Positions 58,483 through 64,000 of a stretch of 64,000 nucleotides of DNA are shown here, piece after piece. The translations under genes were made by a program, and so were the position numbers. Source of the DNA: Eutreptiella sp. 'Long Island Sound 2002' (lineage: Eukaryota; Protista; Euglenida); NCBI GenBank assembly GCA_964036045.1, contig OZ038378.1, forward strand, positions 806,001-870,000. The letters run 5' to 3'. The notes under the pieces were generated by a model. That model saw nothing but the letters and a program-made list of their open reading frames with translations, had not been told where the DNA came from and did not search any database. Positions within the stretch are counted from its first letter, which is position 1. Each line of letters opens with the position of its first letter.

Positions 58483-61008
58483 CTACCAGAAATCGTCGTC
58501 GTCACTGTCTGGCACTCTCCTCCTCGCTCCCTTGCCTCGGCCACCTTTGCCTTTTCCACCCTTACCGCCCTTCCCACCTCCGCCCTTCCCACCTCTGCCC
58601 TTACCTGACTGCTCCAACCATTCCCTGTAAAATTCATCACCAGGCCAATACTTACCACTCTTCCGCCTCTGATCATACTTTTTCTGCCACTGATACCGCG
58701 CCTTCGCCTCCCTTTGATTGTTCTCCTTTCGAACTGCCCAATATCCTTGGTTCTTCCACAGCCAGTCCCTCTTCTTCTTATCCCTTGCCACAAGCCGGCG
58801 CCTTTTCTTCTCCTTTCTGTACTCGTTGATGTCCCCCTTGTCAACAATCTTGTAGTTTTTGGAACGCCCAAACGCCTCCTGCACCGGTCGATCAAGTTCC
58901 ACCATCTGCTCTATCTTCTCTGCCAGGCGCGCCTCCTCCGGCAAATACATGGTCCACGCCCATCCTGGCACTTTGTTGCGGGCTGTCCGACCCACACAGT
59001 GCAGCCACTCAACTGCATTAGGGGGGAACTCAAAACAGATCACATGATTAACGACTGCAAGATCAATGCCCCGCGCAGCTGCGGGAGACGCCACCAGAAT
59101 GGGCAATTCTCCCGATCTGAAAGCCTCTAGCCGCGTGTGCTTTGCCTGTGACCGCTGGTGGTAGGTCTGTGCATCATGCCCCGCGTTCCTCAGCGCCTCA
59201 GCAGCAGCTTCCACGTTCGCCTTGCTGCAAGCGAATACCAGCACGTGGCTGTCTCCCTTCGACATAACATCCTCCATGAGATCCATGAACTGCTCCATAC
59301 GGTTCTCTTCAGAACACGGCACAAATTTATGTGTTAGTGTCTCGGAGATACGGTGCAGCCGCTGACCGCGGACCCAGGTAGCATTTGGGAACTTCTTCAG
59401 GACGGTTCTGGCTAGATTCTCCTCCCGTGCCCCCGGACTCCCTGACAAAGTTGCCCCCACGAGCACGTACTGGGTCTGGGTCCCATCCTTCTTGTTCTTC
59501 CTCGCAAGGAGCTTCAAGACATCCTCCGTCGGCACCCGCTGGGCCTCGAACATGTGGTCTGCCTCATCGAAAACCGCGACGTCGAAGCCACGAATCTCTT
59601 TGTCACCGAAATATTGCGTGATGTACGGCGGTGTGCCAATGACAATGTCAGGCTCGCCTTCGGGCACATACTCGGTGTATGCCATCACATTGTCCACCTG
59701 AATCCAGCGGTCATCCTCCGGCAGAGCCTGCATTAGGCCTTCTAATACACGGGCGACCTGGTTTGAAAGCTGCTTGCTCGGTTGGAGGATCAGCAACCGG
59801 ATTTGCTCCCCCTTGAGCATCCGCTGCAGCATGGGAACGAGATATGCAAGGGTCTTCCCAGACCCTGTCTCCGCCAGCATCACCACGTCACCACCCCCCA
59901 GGATCGGCGCCCATGAGCCGCTTTGAATGGGGTTCGCGGAGGTGAAACCACCTTCCGACAGTGCGTCAATGAGGTCTGGCGTGGCTCCCAGCTCAGCAAA
60001 AGATTCATCTTGGTCCCGTGGAACGACGTTCACAGTCGCTTTGGGGGTAAGTTTGACCCACTCCTCTTCCTCATCCTCTCCTTCCTTGGGCTCTGCGTCT
60101 TCCCAGTCCGTGTTACCATAGGCCCAAGGGGGCAGCAACGTACCATCGTCCAGCCTGATCCAACCACCGATGCTTATAGGCTCTTCTTCTTGTTCTTCTT
60201 CACTGTCATACTCGTCCCCACTGTCACTCCTGTCACCATATTGGTCGTCCTGCAGCCACCCATCCCAACCCCCTTTGCCGTCGTAACTCCAACTACCATC
60301 CTCGTCCCATTTGCCGCCATAATTCCACCTTTCGTCAGCTCTTTGGCCATTATCCCACGCTCGATCCCTACCCCAGCCTTGATCGTTTCCCCACCGCCTG
60401 TCCTGATTGCTACCCTGACCCCATTGGTTGCGGCCCCACCTCTGGTCACCGCCCCACATAGGATCGTCTTGATCAACTTCCCCATCCTCGCGCCAATCAC
60501 TCCAAGAGTCCCAGCCATTATAGCTGTTATCCGCTTGTCCAGTGTTCCGATAGGCTGCTGCTGTAGCCACAGGAGGCAGAAGAGGCATCTGGCTGTGCAC
60601 CCGTCTACCTCTGAGCACGAAGAGAACAACCAACCCGATAGCCATACCAATCCCTAGGACTGGCCCTTGCCAAACCCAATTGCTGACAACTGCATGAGGC
60701 TGGTCACCAGATAGCCTGAAAGACTTGCTATTGGACAGCATCGATTCAACCTCTGGTGAAGGCAACTGAGGAGATCTGCGTGCAGGTCTTGCAAGCTGGG
60801 TCCGCACATTTGTCGAAGTCGATATTCGCTCGGTGATGCCCGCAGTCCGACTCGATGGCGAAAGGGCTGCAATCAAGAGATGGCCATCAGCATCCGCTGG
60901 GCGTGCACTGAGTGCGCCAGAGGTCATGGCCCCCATTACCACAACCCCTGTTGCCAACAGCATGCAGGGAATAGCCTGGAAGCCTCTTGGTCCCTGAGTG
61001 TCTGCCAT
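58483..61008 (-). CDS. Intronless DEAD-box RNA helicase with euglenid class-I plastid-targeting presequence (841 aa)
   Basis: Q motif SFAELG...PIQ, AETGSGKT, PSKQL, TPPY, DEAD, GAT, ARGID, HCVGRTAR; N-terminus has a hydrophobic signal, an S/T/R-rich transit region, a second hydrophobic segment (VLGIGMAIGLVVLFVL) and basic RGRR; GK/RG-rich C-terminus. Confidence 0.95.
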   Translation of the reverse strand: MADTQGPRGFQAIPCMLLATGVVVMGAMTSGALSARPADADGHLLIAALSPSSRTAGITERISTSTNVRTQLARPARRSPQLPSPEVESMLSNSKSFRLSGDQPHAVVSNWVWQGPVLGIGMAIGLVVLFVLRGRRVHSQMPLLPPVATAAAYRNTGQADNSYNGWDSWSDWREDGEVDQDDPMWGGDQRWGRNQWGQGSNQDRRWGNDQGWGRDRAWDNGQRADERWNYGGKWDEDGSWSYDGKGGWDGWLQDDQYGDRSDSGDEYDSEEEQEEEPISIGGWIRLDDGTLLPPWAYGNTDWEDAEPKEGEDEEEEWVKLTPKATVNVVPRDQDESFAELGATPDLIDALSEGGFTSANPIQSGSWAPILGGGDVVMLAETGSGKTLAYLVPMLQRMLKGEQIRLLILQPSKQLSNQVARVLEGLMQALPEDDRWIQVDNVMAYTEYVPEGEPDIVIGTPPYITQYFGDKEIRGFDVAVFDEADHMFEAQRVPTEDVLKLLARKNKKDGTQTQYVLVGATLSGSPGAREENLARTVLKKFPNATWVRGQRLHRISETLTHKFVPCSEENRMEQFMDLMEDVMSKGDSHVLVFACSKANVEAAAEALRNAGHDAQTYHQRSQAKHTRLEAFRSGELPILVASPAAARGIDLAVVNHVICFEFPPNAVEWLHCVGRTARNKVPGWAWTMYLPEEARLAEKIEQMVELDRPVQEAFGRSKNYKIVDKGDINEYRKEKKRRRLVARDKKKRDWLWKNQGYWAVRKENNQREAKARYQWQKKYDQRRKSGKYWPGDEFYREWLEQSGKGRGGKGGGGKGGKGGKGKGGRGKGARRRVPDSDDDDFW

Positions 61009-61038
61009 TAAGAATGTGGAGTCAAAACAGCATCAAAA

Positions 61039-61052
61039 CGAAAAAAATAGAC
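61039..61052 (-). other. Truncated spliced-leader relic upstream of the helicase ATG
   Basis: Minus strand GTCTATTTTTTTCG equals the 3' half of the SL with 7 rather than 8 T; 30 nt before the ATG. Confidence 0.75.
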
Positions 61053-61588
61053 CTTGCCCCTGGTGATTACCTGCACAAACAATATGAGACGAATGGGAAG
61101 CCGGTGTTTCATGATGCTGTTGCAATCCTTCGCCTGGAGAAGGTGGGGGGGGGGGGGGGGCTAGCTTGAAACAATGCAAGCAACTCAAGGGGCAGCAAAG
61201 CAAACCAAAAAAAAAGCAAACAAAAACCACCCCATTTCCCAACTATTCAAGGGGTCCAAAAAACAGAGGGTTTAAAAAACCCACCCCGCGTTTTACTTTT
61301 CAGATCTGCCCCCCCCCCCCCCCCAAGCCACCGGTGACGAAAATATTATCCAACACAATGGCACATGGGACAAGCCTCTCCTCACGGGAGGGGACATGCC
61401 GCCTTGGCGAGTCATCAACTTCATCATTGTGGAAGGTATCCATTTTATTCTGGTTATCCCTTGTTGCCTACAAACTTTGGTGACTGGGCACCCACTGGAA
61501 GGGCTCCTATTTTTCACCGAGCTTAGAAGTCAAGGCTTGGTGGATGTCGTTATCACAGGGGGAATCCTTGCACTGCGCGCCACTGTTA

Positions 61589-61633
61589 GGGGGAATGTTT
61601 GCCCGGCGCACGCCTGGCGCGCTAACTTCCCCC
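61589..61633. mobile_element. 45-bp minimal PIF/Harbinger-like element with TTA target duplication
   Basis: TTA|GGGGGAATGTTTGCCCGGCGCACGCCTGGCGCGCTAACTTCCCCC|TTA; equals the left end fused to the right end of 1723-2557. Confidence 0.8.
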
Positions 61634-62860
61634 TTAGACTATGTTCCCCCCCAAGAGCCCCAGGCACGTCCCTCAGAAACGCCCTTGGAATTAGGCGACC
61701 CAAATAGGCCTAGAGGGGACTTTAAGGAGGACCTTCCCAGTTCTTGTGGCAGTGGTGAAGGACTGGGGGCCTTTGGGGGGGAACTTGGTTGTGTTTTGGG
61801 CGACGGAGATGGAGGGCAGTGAGGTGGCAAATGTGAACTTGGGATAGCAAAAGAGATGGACTCCATCTTGCGCTGCCGATTCACCACTCTCAACCCATCT
61901 TGGGAGTATTCCAAGTGGATGAGTCTGTCTTCAGCCGCCCCAACCACCGTGGCAAGAAGTCGCAGGCCGTTGGAGCAGGTGTAGAACACCCTATTCCCAA
62001 TACTCAGACCCACGGAGAAAATGGGCCTGGTAAGTGAGGAGGGAAGTATGATGTCCTGTAGCAGGCACCCCAAAAGTGTATCGCCATATCAATTGACCGA
62101 GAAAAAGAGTGGATGTGGTGGAAATGAGGAAAAAATGTGTGCAAAGGGTACAAATGGGTGAAATAGGGTGAAAAGCCAAAAATGCCATATCCCCAATGCA
62201 CCAAAACCTACTACCAAACAACAATGATGCCCAAAGTACCACAAAGTGTGGGTTTCTACTACGGCCGGACGCCCAAATAGTTGCACTACACTCGCACTGC
62301 CCGTGTGCAATGCGCTTAAGGCGCCCCCGGAGCTGTGGTGTTTGTTTGAGTGGTCGACAACAACCTTACTGTCGCACACCAGTGTCTCTCTCTCCTCAGC
62401 TAGAGCCGCCACTATGACAGCTCCAATCACCTCCGTGCGGTCGGAACGTTGGAGCCTGACACCCGCGCCAGAATTTTCAGCCCACCGCATGTGACAACCA
62501 CCCCCACCCGTTGGATGGAATAGTGACACAGCCTGACCTTACTCCCATCGCTATACCAATTTATACCTAATTTTCCTCCTCGATTCATGTAGCATTGGAT
62601 ACCGGCAATCATTGTGGGACAATAACAAGGCGGCACTACCCCTACTCCCTGGCACAATGATGGTTGGTCGTAGAAACTGGATGCCCCCGCCAATGCAATT
62701 CCAGCCAATGTTCTCAATATTCACGCATGTATACTACAAACCTCTGCTTCCATGTTTGTACACTCAAAGCAAAGGTGAAAAACCTGTGTGGGACCTAAAT
62801 ACTTCCTATGACTCAAAGGCAAACACATGTGAGAATGGCTGCCATTGTGGTAGACTAGGG

Positions 62861-63150
62861 TAAGGTAAAGGTAAGTTGCTCGGGCGATCTCCGAACTCCA
62901 GCGTATCAGTGATCCCTACCTGTCCCTCGCAGCATCCCTTCCGGCCTCGCGGGGTCACCGACACCCTAGCGCCTAGGACACTGCGTTCCGCCCCCACCGG
63001 GGTTCGAACCGACGCAGCTTCCCTTCCGGCTCGCGGGGTCACCGACACCCTAGCGCCTAGGATACTGCGATCGGCCTCCACCGGGATTCGAACCGAGCAC
63101 CTTTAGTTCAGGCGTCACGTGCATGACCGCTAAACTACGAGACCTTCTCT
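62861..63150 (-). mobile_element. Full-length tRNA-derived SINE with 16-bp TSD
   Basis: TSD TTGTGGTAGACTAGGG at 62845-62860 and 63151-63166; tRNA-like head 63073-63144 (TAGTTTAGCGG, GGTTCGAATCC, GGTCTC/GAGGCC stem); internal duplication of about 80 bp; TTACCT-type tail. Confidence 0.9.
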
Positions 63151-63699
63151 TTGTGGTAGACTAGGGCAACACGGCCTAGTCCCTATTGGCCTTACACAAA
63201 GCCGCATAGTCGCCGAGTCTCTAGAAAAACAAGAAAACCCCTAACATGAAGGCAAGATAAGAGGTCATGGCTCCCTTTCACTGCACAAAGTGGAGGGGCT
63301 TCTCCTACCCCAAATCCCCTACTCCTTGGTTCGTGGGGGTGGGAGGGATCGAATGCATGAAGCACCACATCGAATGGCACAAATTTGTATCCTCTGTGTT
63401 TTCTCATTGGAACGATATGATGGAGCACCAGGCCGAGCACCGTGAAAACCTTGCATGCAATAAAGCGCAAGCTTTATGAGCAGATGCCGAGATGACCAAG
63501 TTCGGCGGTCCACGATGCAAAAATATGGTCACCTAGCCCCCCCATGACCCATACCTTTCCGAAACGCCATTGCTTAGAGATTTCAAAAAAGTATAGCGTA
63601 CTGCCCCTGTGGAACGACATTTTTGAGAAAAAATGCAAAAATTCAAGAAGTGCCGGCTTTGAATCGGAATCACTCCCCCACCACCACCCACGAAAACGC

Positions 63700-63870
63700 C
63701 CATATGCTGTCTATGAGTGATTGTAGGTGGTGGTGGGGGGGTTCCCAGTGCCTGCATAGCTACACTTATCATACGGTGAGGGGTGGAGGGAAAGGCCTTC
63801 GCGATGTCAAGTAGACGTACATTCAGCGGGGTGTCTTGTGATCGCAAGAAAGTGATCAGTTCCATCACTT
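63700..63870 (-). pseudogene. Decayed non-LTR reverse-transcriptase fragment
   Basis: LLDIAKAFPSTPHRMISVAMQALG matches the LINE RT motif LD..KAFDSV.H..I...L..LG. Confidence 0.65.
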
Positions 63871-64000
63871 GTTGTGATGTGTTACAGTTTTTCTGTGAAC
63901 CCGCCTATCCTGAGATAAAGTGGCCGTAACAAGGTTTAGGTTATGCACCCTGCACTGAAACATGCACTGCACCACAAGTCCAACACACAGCCTGTCAATT

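Noticed and set aside
63073-63144. Functional tRNA gene
   Set aside because: Anticodon and T stems do not pair properly, and it is the head of a TSD-flanked SINE.
1-64000. CRISPR array, rRNA genes or a prokaryotic defence system
   Set aside because: No regularly spaced repeat-spacer array, no rRNA-like sequence and no operon structure; the DNA is eukaryotic.

Overview
Repeat-rich nuclear DNA of a photosynthetic euglenid (euglenophyte). The assignment rests on a perfect genomic copy of the euglenid spliced-leader (SL) exon and on a euglenid class-I bipartite plastid presequence. Five protein-coding genes are supported, all on the minus strand: (1) a multi-exon STE11/MAP3K-type kinase with an N-terminal multipass membrane domain, with exons at about 22110-21066, 18638-18500, 10693-10044 and 7718-about 7270 joined by GT-AG introns whose phases match; (2) an intronless membrane protein with a C-type lectin domain; (3) a Cid1/TUTase-fold nucleotidyltransferase-like protein with altered catalytic residues and a very long low-complexity tail; (4) an intronless F-box-like/LRR protein; (5) an intronless, probably plastid-targeted DEAD-box helicase. 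The rest is nested mobile DNA: PIF/Harbinger-like derivatives and MITEs, a hAT-like element with a 6-bp TSD, tRNA-derived SINEs, and decayed LINE and LTR-integrase fragments. The main discovery is evidence of mRNA recycling into the genome. The lectin gene begins with a complete 28-nt SL in the DNA and sits in a 5.8-kb unit that ends in a LINE-like 3' fragment plus poly(A), bracketed by a 27-bp imperfect direct repeat (candidate TSD). The helicase gene carries a truncated SL relic 30 nt upstream of its ATG. All coordinates and alignments were made by eye; no searches were run.
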